IMG/VR virus record: IMGVR_UViG_3300015245_000036
Strand: one strand, 5' to 3'
Source: an uncultured virus (IMG/VR IMGVR_UViG_3300015245_000036)
Taxonomy: Duplodnaviria; Heunggongvirae; Uroviricota; Caudoviricetes
DNA: 64,000 bases
Within the stretch, counting starts at the first letter, position 1. Each line of letters opens with the position of its first letter. A program made the position numbers and the translations under genes. The notes beneath the pieces were generated by a model. That model was not told the DNA's origin. It worked only from the letters and a program-made list of their open reading frames with translations, and did not search any database. Below, piece by piece: positions 55,177 to 64,000 of the stretch.

Positions 55177-58100
55177 GACGCCTTGGCACCTAGGGCCTCC
55201 TCGATTTGCTCCCGCTCCCTCGCCTCGTCCTCGTCCTCGCGCAGCTCGATGAGCGCCTCCTCGTCGATCTCGGCGAAGAACTCCTGCTCCGGCGTGGCCG
55301 GGGTCGGCGCGTTCTTCGCGATGTATTCCTGGATGGTCGACTTGGCTTCTCCGTAGCTCGAGCCCACGGTCAAGTCGCACGCGAACGCGACGGGCAACCA
55401 GGGGTACTTCTCGCTGACGCGGTCCACACAGTACTTCTGGAAGAACGCCTCGGCGAGGTGCAGGTACTTCTTCTTGATGGTGCCAACGATCGAGTCGTGC
55501 ACCGTGATACATAGCCGCCCGCCCAGCTCGTGGATGTGCTCCGCGATCTCGATCAGCTGTCCGATCACGATGTCGGAGCTGGTTGACTGGATCTTCATGT
55601 TCTTGCCGCGGCGCTCGGCCTGCCCGGCGAAGAAGCGGTTGACCCGGACGAGCGGGAAGCGCCGACGCCGGCCGAAGAACGTCTCGACGAATCCGTGCTT
55701 GTGGATCGACGCAACGACCTCGTCCATGTACCCCTTGAGGCTGGGGAACCGGGCGAACAGCTTGTCGATGACCTCCTGAGCGCGCTCCTCGGAGATGCCG
55801 GCGGTCTCGGCGATCTTCTTCGCCATGGCGCCATACAGGATTCCGAACACAACGCGCTTCACGGTGGTGCGGACCTCTTTGTGGACGTCCTCCTTGCCGC
55901 GCTCAACCTCGTCATACGGGATCCCGAAGATTTCCTGCGTGAACCAGCTGTGAACGTCGAGGCCGTCGTTGATCGCCTTCTCGAGCTGCTCGTCGCGGGC
56001 GTACGCCGTGAACACCCGGATCTCGGCGCCCTTCCAGTCGACGTTGAAGATCACCTCCTCCTCGGGGTCGTCGGGGATGAACAGCTTCTTGATGTTCAAT
56101 CCCGCGATCGACTTGATCGGGAGATTCTGCATGTTGATGTTCCGGCTGGCGAGCCGGCCCGTCGACGTGCCGTGCTGAAGAAACGACGTGTGAACCCGGC
56201 CGTCGTAGTCGGAGAGCACCCGAATCTCGACGATGAAGCCGGTGAGCGCCTTGTGCGCGGCTCGGTACTCGAGCAGCGTCTTGGCGAACGGGCACTTCGT
56301 CTTCTCGGCGATCGCCTTCAGGGTCTTCTTGTCGACCTTGAACTGCTGGCTCTTCTTGTTGATCTCGCACCACGGGCCTTGGCGGGTCGCAGGTCGAGGT
56401 GCGCCGTTGACATCGGGGACCGGGTTCTCGGGGTCCATGACGCCAGCGGTGAACAGCAGCCACGCCACCTGCTGTGTCGAATTCGGGTTGAACTCCTCGT
56501 TCTTCTTGTCCGGGTAGAACCGTGCGGTCGAGGCCCACAGACTCCGCAGCGCGGACATCTTTTCGTCGACGATTCGACCAAGCTGCACCTCGAGGTGATC
56601 GAGGTAGTTCCGGTCGACCGGGAACCCGTCGAACTCCATCTTACCCAGGGCGCGGGACCCCGGGATGCAGTGCGTGCGCATCAAGGACAGCGCGCCCTTG
56701 CAACCCTCCTCGTTGACGCGAGCGGTCTGGTTTCGCAGGAGCCGCCGCGTCAGGTCGGTATCGACCGCCGCGTACGGCAGCAGGATGTCGAGCGGGACGC
56801 GCGAGTACCCATTGTCGTTCGCCTGCTTCTTGCGGTGCTTCTTGTCCCCGTAGAGGTACGCCTCGAGCTGCGATTTGCTCATCTCGATCGACATCCCCTC
56901 GTCGAAGCCAGGGGACTTGATCTTGCGCTTGCGGATGTCCTTGAGGAGCTTGGAGACACCTTCTTCCTCAACGGTCAGCTTCGCGGCCAGCTCGCCGACC
57001 TTGTCCGCGTAGTTCGCGAACTGCGGGAAGTAGCTCCGCCCGAGGATCTTGAGCGAGTACGCGCCGCTCATGTCCTCGCGCAGGAGGTGCTCACCGAGCA
57101 GCGTGTCCCACGCGACGTTCGCGACGCGCAGCCCGTGTCGAAGCTCCAGCATGCGGAGGTCGAATCCACCGTTGTGGAACACCTTGGGCTTTGGACACTC
57201 GAGGACTCGACGAACGTGGCCGACCACCGCCTCCAGCTCCTCGGGCGTCCAGGGCGCCAACGGGTGCCACAGTGGGATGGCGGTGGCCCTCCCGTTGTCC
57301 CACGCGAACGACACGCACAGAACCTTGGCATCAGCCCTGTGCGGGTTCAGGGTGTTGGTCTCGACGTCGATCGCGAGCGCGCACCTCGACGCCGAGGGTG
57401 CGCCGGGGATGACGTACTCGATGATGTGATCGCAGAGGTCCTTCACCTCTGCGACCGTCTTGGGCATGACGTAGTCCCTGGACAGCTCCTCAAGCGTCAC
57501 CTGGGCGGCGGCTTCCTCCACCCCGGACGCGATCTTCACCGCCTTGATCAGGTCGTTGTAGAACAGCGGGTACAGGCCGGTCTTGACCAACAGCTGCTTG
57601 CTGCCGAACGTCGGCAGGATCAGAATCTCCTGGCCTTCGATCTCATGGCGGAGCACGCGGCCTCGGGCCTCGCCAAACTTCTCGGTCTTGTACCCCAGGG
57701 CCTTCATCGCGGTGGCGCCGAGGGGCACGATGATCTTCGGCCTCTTGTGTGCGATCGCCGCCCGCAGGTAGTGCGAGCACCTGTCGAGGGTGGTCTTGTG
57801 AATCTTCGCGGTCTGGTCCCTGCCCTCCTCGACCTGGCACTGCACCGCGTAGGTGTCCCACTTCCGGAGGCGCCGCATCCCGAGGCTGCCGCCGGTGCGA
57901 TTGTCCAGCTCGGTCAGCTCCTTCCACGCCTGCCGAATGATCCGGCCGCCGCGCCCGTAGAACACCTGGTGATTGTTCGTGGACCACGACGAAGGCGACT
58001 CCGACACGAACATGATGTCGACTTCGCCGTGCGCGCCCGCGCCGGGCACGCGGCTCTTGTTCTCCAAGTCGCAGCCCTGGCACACGATGCCCTTGCGCGG

Positions 58101-58178
58101 CGACTGGTTTTCGGGATCTACATCCTCGGGACCGTGGTCCGCGACCACGGGAAGCTTGACCTTTTTGGAGACGGCCAC
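55173..58178 (-). CDS. polA: Family A DNA polymerase with N-terminal UDG-like domain and 3'-5' exonuclease
   Basis: IDVET, HNGGFD, YAAVD; TGRLAS..NMQN, DWKGAEIR, KRVVFGILYG, TVHDS; N-terminal CQGC...PKIIVPLGATA. Confidence 0.92.
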   Translation of the reverse strand: MAVSKKVKLPVVADHGPEDVDPENQSPRKGIVCQGCDLENKSRVPGAGAHGEVDIMFVSESPSSWSTNNHQVFYGRGGRIIRQAWKELTELDNRTGGSLGMRRLRKWDTYAVQCQVEEGRDQTAKIHKTTLDRCSHYLRAAIAHKRPKIIVPLGATAMKALGYKTEKFGEARGRVLRHEIEGQEILILPTFGSKQLLVKTGLYPLFYNDLIKAVKIASGVEEAAAQVTLEELSRDYVMPKTVAEVKDLCDHIIEYVIPGAPSASRCALAIDVETNTLNPHRADAKVLCVSFAWDNGRATAIPLWHPLAPWTPEELEAVVGHVRRVLECPKPKVFHNGGFDLRMLELRHGLRVANVAWDTLLGEHLLREDMSGAYSLKILGRSYFPQFANYADKVGELAAKLTVEEEGVSKLLKDIRKRKIKSPGFDEGMSIEMSKSQLEAYLYGDKKHRKKQANDNGYSRVPLDILLPYAAVDTDLTRRLLRNQTARVNEEGCKGALSLMRTHCIPGSRALGKMEFDGFPVDRNYLDHLEVQLGRIVDEKMSALRSLWASTARFYPDKKNEEFNPNSTQQVAWLLFTAGVMDPENPVPDVNGAPRPATRQGPWCEINKKSQQFKVDKKTLKAIAEKTKCPFAKTLLEYRAAHKALTGFIVEIRVLSDYDGRVHTSFLQHGTSTGRLASRNINMQNLPIKSIAGLNIKKLFIPDDPEEEVIFNVDWKGAEIRVFTAYARDEQLEKAINDGLDVHSWFTQEIFGIPYDEVERGKEDVHKEVRTTVKRVVFGILYGAMAKKIAETAGISEERAQEVIDKLFARFPSLKGYMDEVVASIHKHGFVETFFGRRRRFPLVRVNRFFAGQAERRGKNMKIQSTSSDIVIGQLIEIAEHIHELGGRLCITVHDSIVGTIKKKYLHLAEAFFQKYCVDRVSEKYPWLPVAFACDLTVGSSYGEAKSTIQEYIAKNAPTPATPEQEFFAEIDEEALIELREDEDEAREREQIEEALGAKAS

Positions 58179-58402
58179 TACGGCTCGTTCCTTGCGCGTC
58201 TTGCGTAGTAATGCCGAGCATTTTTCCAATTCACACGCATTACGTACTCAAGCGGGCGACATTTCATCGCCTCGCGTTGACCTCCGCACGCGGTGAGAAA
58301 AAAGCGAATTCCATCAACGTCGACAGCCTCCATGAAATATTCAACTTCACCGGCCTCGTCATACACGAGCGCGCGCCCAGGAACCCATATCGGCTCATCC
58401 AT
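58178..58402 (-). CDS. Hypothetical protein
   Basis: GGAGG RBS; fills the gap between primase and polymerase. Confidence 0.55.
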   Translation of the reverse strand: MDEPIWVPGRALVYDEAGEVEYFMEAVDVDGIRFFLTACGGQREAMKCRPLEYVMRVNWKNARHYYARRARNEP

Positions 58403-58411
58403 GGAAACCTC

Positions 58412-61400
58412 CTATGCGATGAAGTCTTCGGACTGCTGCGGCGTCTCGCCGGCGCCGGGGTCGGGTTGCGCGATACTGGTCGCGATCGGCAGGAACGCGT
58501 CATCGCGTCGCTTGCGTACGGCATCCAGCAGGTGCCGGATCGAGAACGCCGTGATCAGCTCGAGCTTCTGGCACGGACCCATCACGTCAACCAGCCGCTC
58601 CAGCGTGCGACTGTCCCGAACCTGGTCCGGAGCCACGTGGTGCGGCGAGCGCTCCGACACCTGCTTGAGAAACGTCGGGCTGTCCTGCTTGTACCGGGTG
58701 TTGGAGAGCACACCCTGCTGGGCCTCGACCCAGTTGACAATCAGCCACTCCATCTTGATGTCGAGATAGACTCCCTGCTTGGTCTTGTTGATGTCGTCTA
58801 GCTCGTTGAGGCTGGCCAGCATGATCCGGATCGTGGTGCCGTTGCTGATCCTCTCGCTGTTCCGGTCGCTCTGCAGGTGGATCACCGATCCGAGGATCGT
58901 CTCGAAGATCTGCTCGTTCTCCGAGGTCGCCTTGAGCCGGGTCAGCTGGTCACGTCTCGAGTTCGAGAAATCGGTCGCGAATCGCTTGTGGTCGGGTATC
59001 AGGTCTGCCTTCTTGCCCGTTCTCACGGCCTCCTCGCTCAGGAAGCGCAGCATGGTCAGCACGGGATACAGCGCCTCCCGAAAACGGGCCTGGGCGTGCG
59101 GCGGGAGTAGGGCGCCCGAGGCGAACTCGCTCTCGACCTTCGTCTGCACCGACCGAAGCTCGGCCATGTGACGAAGCAGCCCGACAGCCAGGTCCCGCCG
59201 CGTCGATCGAATCCCAATTTCCCCGTACCGCTCGATGAGCACCACGGCGGGGTCGACGCGAGCCGAGTCGTGAACAAGCTCGAAGGTCACGAACCGCGAC
59301 AGCGACGCCGCGTCCCGCAGCGGGCGAATCGCCGCGGCCACCATCGGGAACCGAAGATGGTAGGTCTTCGCCTCGCCTGACGTCGTGCCGATCGAGATGT
59401 TGGCCGCGTTCTCCGAGATCAGATCGCGCGTCATCTCCAGGACGCCGCGGACCTGCACCGCCTTGCGCTCGTTGTTGCCGTAATCCTCGAATTCCTCGAG
59501 GCACAGGCACAGCGAGCTTCCGTTCCGCATCTGCCGAATGGAGGCCGGCGTGTACTGGCTCATCGCGAGCGCGTGCGCCACGATGTTGATGCTGGAGAAC
59601 CCACTGCCGCCGATGAAGCCCGACACGAACCGGCTCTTGCCGGACGTCGACTCGGCAGTGACGAATATCGAGGTCTGCCGCTTGAACGCCGTCATGACCG
59701 GCAGGCACATCACGTAGGCCGCCAGGAAGGTCGCGTCGAGTCCCTGGTGCCGCCAAGACCATCCGTCGTTGATCATCTCGCGCAGCCGAACGAAGAGGTC
59801 CACCACGTCAACCTTGGCCAGGACTTGGTCCAGGGTCAGCCCCGGGAGCCAGGCCCCGCCGCGGTTCGAATCGACCGAGCCGTCCGTGTTGAACACCACG
59901 CCCTCGTGGCTCGGCCCGTCGAGCAGGAACGCGGAGAACCCGCCGTCCGACGCGTGCTCGAGGCAGAACACATCTCGTCCGTTCACCAGGTACGAGCGCA
60001 ACGCCGGCCCGTCGACGTGCGCGAGGTGGATGCCCTGGCCCTTGCTGCCGGAGATGTCGAGCGACGGGAGCCCACGCGCCATCCTGAGCAGCGCCAGGGT
60101 CAGGTACTCGCGATAGCGCTTGATCTTGATCGGGATGGGCAGGGCAGCCTCCTCCCCCTCCATGGAGAGGAATGACGGATCGCCGACGTGCTCGCGCACA
60201 AACTCGTAAAGCGCGCCGAAGTAGCGCGACAGCAGAGTCTCCACCCCGCGCTCGTCGTTGAGGACCACCGAGTCCATGGCTCGCGTAGACTTGTTCCACA
60301 GAATCAGGAGCCGCTTGCGACCCTCGGCGTTCTGCACGCCGACTGGATAGAAGTGCTCTAGCAGCGCGCGGCCGAGGCGCTCGATGAACGCCTCCTCGTC
60401 TTCGTCCTTCGCGCAGATGTCGCGCTCCAGGATGCGGGCGTCGAGATCGTAGGTCCGCTCGACGTCCTTGCAGAACCGGCCTAGCTCCTGGCGATCGGTG
60501 ACCAATTGACCCCACTCCTGGGCGATCCGGCTTTGCTGGCGCACGTCGTTGACCGCCGTCCGTCGAACGTCGTCAACCACCCGGTCGAAGCACCACTCGT
60601 GCATCGACGAGTAGCAGTCCGGATCGTCGACGACGCGAGCCCATCGCGGGTACCCGAGCGTCTTGACCGCCTCGTCCGCGTCCTTGATGCGCTTCGACGG
60701 GTTAGTCGGGTCGGTCCACGTCTTGTACTCGTCCGGCCACGCGAACACCTGGAACGAGATCAGCTTGGTCCGCGTCCGCTCAAGACAATTCTTAGTGAAG
60801 TCGACGCCGCCCGCGTCGTCGTCCGGCACGATCCGAGCGCGGGACACGCCGTAGTTGACCAGGCGATCGAGCGGCTGGGCGCTGCCGCCGCCGAGGCCGA
60901 GCGCCACGAAGTCATCAGTGCCGCGACGAATCTGCTGCGCGATCGCGGACAGCGAGTCGAACTCGCCCTCGTGAGCGTGAACGGTGCGCGTGTACGAGTC
61001 GTCCGGGGACTTCGGACCCAGGTAGGTCCTGTAGTAGTTGAGCCCGAAGAACCCTCGGAACCCGCCCATCTCCGCCTCATACGCGTCGTCGACGAAGAAC
61101 ATCTCCTTGAGGTCGTTCGGGGAGCGGATCTTCATCCGGCACACCGACCGAGGTCCGTCGTGCATCATGAACACGACCCAACCCACGAACTTGTTGCCCT
61201 CAGCCAGGAACTTGTCGAAGTAGCTCGAGTAGAACTTGAACGTCTCGCTGTCGACGCCGAAGTGACCCTGCACGGTCGCCAACGGAGGTAGCACGCCCAC
61301 GAGCTGGCTCCCGCAAATCGCCTGCCACACGCCCCACGGGTCAGGTCCCGCGGGTGTGGTCTCGCCAGCGGGGCGAAGCTCGCCCGGCGCGGTCTCGCCC

Positions 61401-61939
61401 AGGCGCCGCGACATCAGGTAATCCACGGTCGGCTTCGCCCAGTAAAGCTGGGCCTTGCCCAGGGCCTCCTCCGAGGGCCACAGACGAATCGCCTCGAGCA
61501 GCTGCGACGACATGAAATCTGCGATGTCGCCCTTGAGTTGTTGGTGCCTCTCGTGATCGCGCACGCGCTCGAACAGCGCTTCGGGGATCACGGACTTCAG
61601 GCCGAACCGCTTCCGCAGGAACAGAATCGCATCGCCGTGGTTGCAGCGCCGCAGCGCCGCCACCAGCTTCACGGGATCGGTGAACAACCGGTTGCATCCG
61701 AAGCACTTCGCGATCCCGGTCCCGCGGTGGCTGACCGGCGTGATGCAGAACGACGGCCCCGGGTCGTCGTGGAACGGGCAACGGCCCTTCACGTGCGGAC
61801 CATGCCGGGTGAACATCGACTCCGGTCGAAGCTCGGCCGCCATCAGCAGCCAGTCTGCGACCGACACCTCGCTCCAAATCTGATCGAGCTTGGCGAAGAG
61901 GACGCGCTTGTCCCCGCCGCCCTTAGCTCGTTTGGCCAC
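58412..61939 (-). CDS. Primase-helicase (CHC2 zinc finger, TOPRIM, P-loop NTPase)
   Basis: CPFHDD..PS...CFGC; EGEFD...PDDDAGG; AESTSGKS, LEEFE. Confidence 0.8.
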   Translation of the reverse strand: MAKRAKGGGDKRVLFAKLDQIWSEVSVADWLLMAAELRPESMFTRHGPHVKGRCPFHDDPGPSFCITPVSHRGTGIAKCFGCNRLFTDPVKLVAALRRCNHGDAILFLRKRFGLKSVIPEALFERVRDHERHQQLKGDIADFMSSQLLEAIRLWPSEEALGKAQLYWAKPTVDYLMSRRLGETAPGELRPAGETTPAGPDPWGVWQAICGSQLVGVLPPLATVQGHFGVDSETFKFYSSYFDKFLAEGNKFVGWVVFMMHDGPRSVCRMKIRSPNDLKEMFFVDDAYEAEMGGFRGFFGLNYYRTYLGPKSPDDSYTRTVHAHEGEFDSLSAIAQQIRRGTDDFVALGLGGGSAQPLDRLVNYGVSRARIVPDDDAGGVDFTKNCLERTRTKLISFQVFAWPDEYKTWTDPTNPSKRIKDADEAVKTLGYPRWARVVDDPDCYSSMHEWCFDRVVDDVRRTAVNDVRQQSRIAQEWGQLVTDRQELGRFCKDVERTYDLDARILERDICAKDEDEEAFIERLGRALLEHFYPVGVQNAEGRKRLLILWNKSTRAMDSVVLNDERGVETLLSRYFGALYEFVREHVGDPSFLSMEGEEAALPIPIKIKRYREYLTLALLRMARGLPSLDISGSKGQGIHLAHVDGPALRSYLVNGRDVFCLEHASDGGFSAFLLDGPSHEGVVFNTDGSVDSNRGGAWLPGLTLDQVLAKVDVVDLFVRLREMINDGWSWRHQGLDATFLAAYVMCLPVMTAFKRQTSIFVTAESTSGKSRFVSGFIGGSGFSSINIVAHALAMSQYTPASIRQMRNGSSLCLCLEEFEDYGNNERKAVQVRGVLEMTRDLISENAANISIGTTSGEAKTYHLRFPMVAAAIRPLRDAASLSRFVTFELVHDSARVDPAVVLIERYGEIGIRSTRRDLAVGLLRHMAELRSVQTKVESEFASGALLPPHAQARFREALYPVLTMLRFLSEEAVRTGKKADLIPDHKRFATDFSNSRRDQLTRLKATSENEQIFETILGSVIHLQSDRNSERISNGTTIRIMLASLNELDDINKTKQGVYLDIKMEWLIVNWVEAQQGVLSNTRYKQDSPTFLKQVSERSPHHVAPDQVRDSRTLERLVDVMGPCQKLELITAFSIRHLLDAVRKRRDDAFLPIATSIAQPDPGAGETPQQSEDFIA

Positions 61940-62750
61940 CGAAGGTCTCCTGGAACGGTCCGCAGCTGCCCTGGTACGAGCACCACTCGCAGGGCCACCG
62001 GAGCTTGGGCTTCGCGGGGAACGGCTCGACGAGCGTCTCGGCGATCTCGTTGATGCGCGAGAACAGCCACGGCGCGTACACCTCGCGTACGCGCGTCGCG
62101 TCGTCGAAGTTGGGCATCCACTGGATCGCCTTGGCCTCATCACCCTGCAGGAAGTGGATCGCGCCCCGCACCCCGTTCACGCCCGGCGTGTTCGGGATCG
62201 CAAGGATGTAGTACGACCACAGCTGCATCTGCTTCTTCTTGTCCTTCGCGAGGTCCTTGGCCACGCCGGACTTGTGGTCGATGACAACGAGGTCATCGTG
62301 CCGCGTGATGACGCCGAGGTCGACCTTGCCGCGGAAGAACACGTTCTTGTCAAAGAACCCAGCCGGCTTGAACTCCGCGGTGATCCCCCACGCCTCCTCC
62401 ACTAGGAGACGCTTCACGCCCTCGCGCCTGCAGAACCCGTCGAACTTTCGCATGAACGAGTCCATGCGCTCCTCGAGCGTGCGGAGCGTGTCCTGCTCGT
62501 CCGAGGTCAACGGCGTGTTCTCCAGCGCGACCTTCTTGGCGTCAGATGCGTTAGCGCCCTTGACCCGGTGCTCCAAGATGCCGTGGGCAGCGGTGCCGAC
62601 CACGGTCTCCGGCGCAGACGGCCCCGCGGCGGTCCGCAGTACGTGCTTGTGCTTGAACTGCGCAGGGCAGGACTCGCCTGTTTCCATCTTCGAGAACGAC
62701 CACGCGGCGTGCTTCAACGCCGCCGGGGTCACGGTCAATGCGTGGGCCAC
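61923..62750 (-). CDS. PD-(D/E)XK (RecB/Cas4-like) nuclease
   Basis: WSFSK...CP, GTAAH, GKVD, IDHKSG, QLWSY, CEWC...C. Confidence 0.85.
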   Translation of the reverse strand: MAHALTVTPAALKHAAWSFSKMETGESCPAQFKHKHVLRTAAGPSAPETVVGTAAHGILEHRVKGANASDAKKVALENTPLTSDEQDTLRTLEERMDSFMRKFDGFCRREGVKRLLVEEAWGITAEFKPAGFFDKNVFFRGKVDLGVITRHDDLVVIDHKSGVAKDLAKDKKKQMQLWSYYILAIPNTPGVNGVRGAIHFLQGDEAKAIQWMPNFDDATRVREVYAPWLFSRINEIAETLVEPFPAKPKLRWPCEWCSYQGSCGPFQETFGGQTS

Positions 62751-62812
62751 GGCCGCACCTCGTTGCTAGGGGATCTGGGTCATCAGAGGCCGCCGAGGGC
62801 GCGGCCGACGCG

Positions 62813-63904
62813 TCACATCGGCTTGGCAGAGGACCGAACCGAACCCGCGCCCGCCGGCGGCGGCGTCGCCCCCTCGCCCAGATCGTACGACTCCGTCTCC
62901 CCCGCGAGGCCTGCGTCCAACTTGCTGCCCTCGAACGACGCCTCCGCCGCGGCCGCCACGGCAGGTGCCGAGGCCATCGCGACGTAGTGACCAGCGAGCG
63001 CGCGATCGCGCTCCGCGCGGTACAGGTTGCAGAGTGCCTGGGCGATCCTGCTGACGTGCTCGTTGTTGGCCTTGCCCGTCGGCTCGACCTTCATGGTGAA
63101 GTACGCGCCCTGCGTGCCCGTACCCTTCTCGGTCGAAAGCAGAAAGCTGTTGTCCCACATCCGGTTGCTCGCGCCCGCGAGCGACTGGAGGGCGCTTCCG
63201 GCCTTCCTCGAGGTCTTGGCGAATTGGATCATGTAGACCTTGCTCATGTCCGCGGTCGCCACGATCGCCACCACCTGGTTCTGGCAATCGGTGACCTTCT
63301 GCTCATCACCGGGCTGCATGCCGTAGGGCAGATGCGGGCACTCCAGGCACTTGCCGAACGGGTTGCCGAGGTGCGCGTCGGGGGCGACGCACGCGGGAAC
63401 CTTCGCGCCCTGTGGGAAATTTACATTCTCGTAGAAGATGCTGAAGACGAGAAACGGGAACGGCTTCTCGAGAATCTTGCCCTCGCTCGTGTACAGTTCG
63501 CCGAGCTTGGCGGCCTCCGGCCGAGCGGCCGCGGTCGTGGTGGGCTGGTTAATCGTGATGCGCGGGACCTTCCACCCGGTCACGACTTCCTCCATGCCCG
63601 GCTTCTCCGTCGAGGCCTGACTCACGAGGCCTTCGACGATCTTCTGGTATTCCGTGGGCAGCTTCGGATCAGTGGACAAGGTCACCAGCTCCTCCATCGC
63701 TGCGCCCACCGCGTTGTCCAGCTCGACAGGGTCCTTGTTCATCAGCTCGAGTCCGCGAGCCGGCTTAGCGGGGCGCCGGGCCCGCACCATCTTCGCCGGC
63801 TTGATCGGAGCCGCCATGGCGGTTTCGGTGGTCTCGACCGGCTTCTCGGCGGTCTTGGTCTCAGGCTTCGTCTCGACCTTGTCGTTCTTGTTCTTTACGC
63901 TCAT
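62813..63904 (-). CDS. Putative ssDNA-binding/annealing protein
   Basis: PRITINQP, C...CLECP...C, low-complexity tail; next to nuclease and primase genes. Confidence 0.5.
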   Translation of the reverse strand: MSVKNKNDKVETKPETKTAEKPVETTETAMAAPIKPAKMVRARRPAKPARGLELMNKDPVELDNAVGAAMEELVTLSTDPKLPTEYQKIVEGLVSQASTEKPGMEEVVTGWKVPRITINQPTTTAAARPEAAKLGELYTSEGKILEKPFPFLVFSIFYENVNFPQGAKVPACVAPDAHLGNPFGKCLECPHLPYGMQPGDEQKVTDCQNQVVAIVATADMSKVYMIQFAKTSRKAGSALQSLAGASNRMWDNSFLLSTEKGTGTQGAYFTMKVEPTGKANNEHVSRIAQALCNLYRAERDRALAGHYVAMASAPAVAAAAEASFEGSKLDAGLAGETESYDLGEGATPPPAGAGSVRSSAKPM

Positions 63905-64000
63905 GATTCGTGTCCTTTATTCCCGTTGTTGTAACCATCTCAATCGATGGTTTCGACTGATTCGGTCTCGCAGTCTAGGCGCCCGAGTGCCGTAAAAGCA

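Noticed and set aside
61923..62750. Cas4-like nuclease as a sign of CRISPR-Cas
   Set aside because: No repeat-spacer array or other cas genes seen; its position among replication genes fits a stand-alone phage nuclease.
63933..63952. Similarity of ccatctcaatcgatggt to window bases 1-19, suggesting terminal repeats
   Set aside because: Only 11 exact bases plus an indel, and the first copy is inside a CDS; probably chance. The site does form a small hairpin.
1..64000. tRNA, rRNA, integrase or transposase genes; introns or inteins in nrdJ, polA, terL
   Set aside because: None recognised by eye; those ORFs are continuous and of ordinary length. A covariance-model scan was not possible.
1..64000. 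Alternative genetic code
   Set aside because: Conserved genes translate full length with the standard code, and TAG, TGA and TAA all serve as stops.

Overview
A 64 kb segment of a large, GC-rich tailed dsDNA phage with a contractile-type baseplate. The host is not visible; high GC and a RiPP-type leader peptide fit a myxobacterium-like host, but that is only inference. 1-22.2 kb: a mostly minus-strand accessory/early region of tightly coupled small ORFs, plus MazG, GP88-like, ThyX, a GHKL ATPase, dNMP kinase, RNase HII, an XRE regulator and a DinG helicase. 22.3-41.4 kb: a plus-strand tail operon with a G/GT chaperone pair joined by a -1 slippery site, a tape-measure-like gene, a hub with an SLT domain, a sigma factor, an M23 peptidase, gp25-like, baseplate J-like, wedge and fibre genes. 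42-64 kb: class II RNR, RuvC-like resolvase, DUF932-like, vWA/metallopeptidase plus MoxR, terminase, DEDDh exonuclease, UDG-PolA fusion, primase-helicase, PD-(D/E)XK nuclease and a putative SSB. Most striking: (1) an orphan lanthipeptide-like precursor gene between 24-bp direct repeats that duplicate the mazG 3' end; (2) a dispersed family of at least 7 genes with a G[IVL][TV]H...C...DCMxC zinc-finger-like motif, one circularly permuted and inserted in the baseplate operon; (3) a recurrent 17-bp palindrome, TGYTTA-N5-TAARCA, upstream of genes; (4) a probably catalytically altered UDG domain fused to the polymerase. All calls come from reading motifs by eye; no database searches were run.
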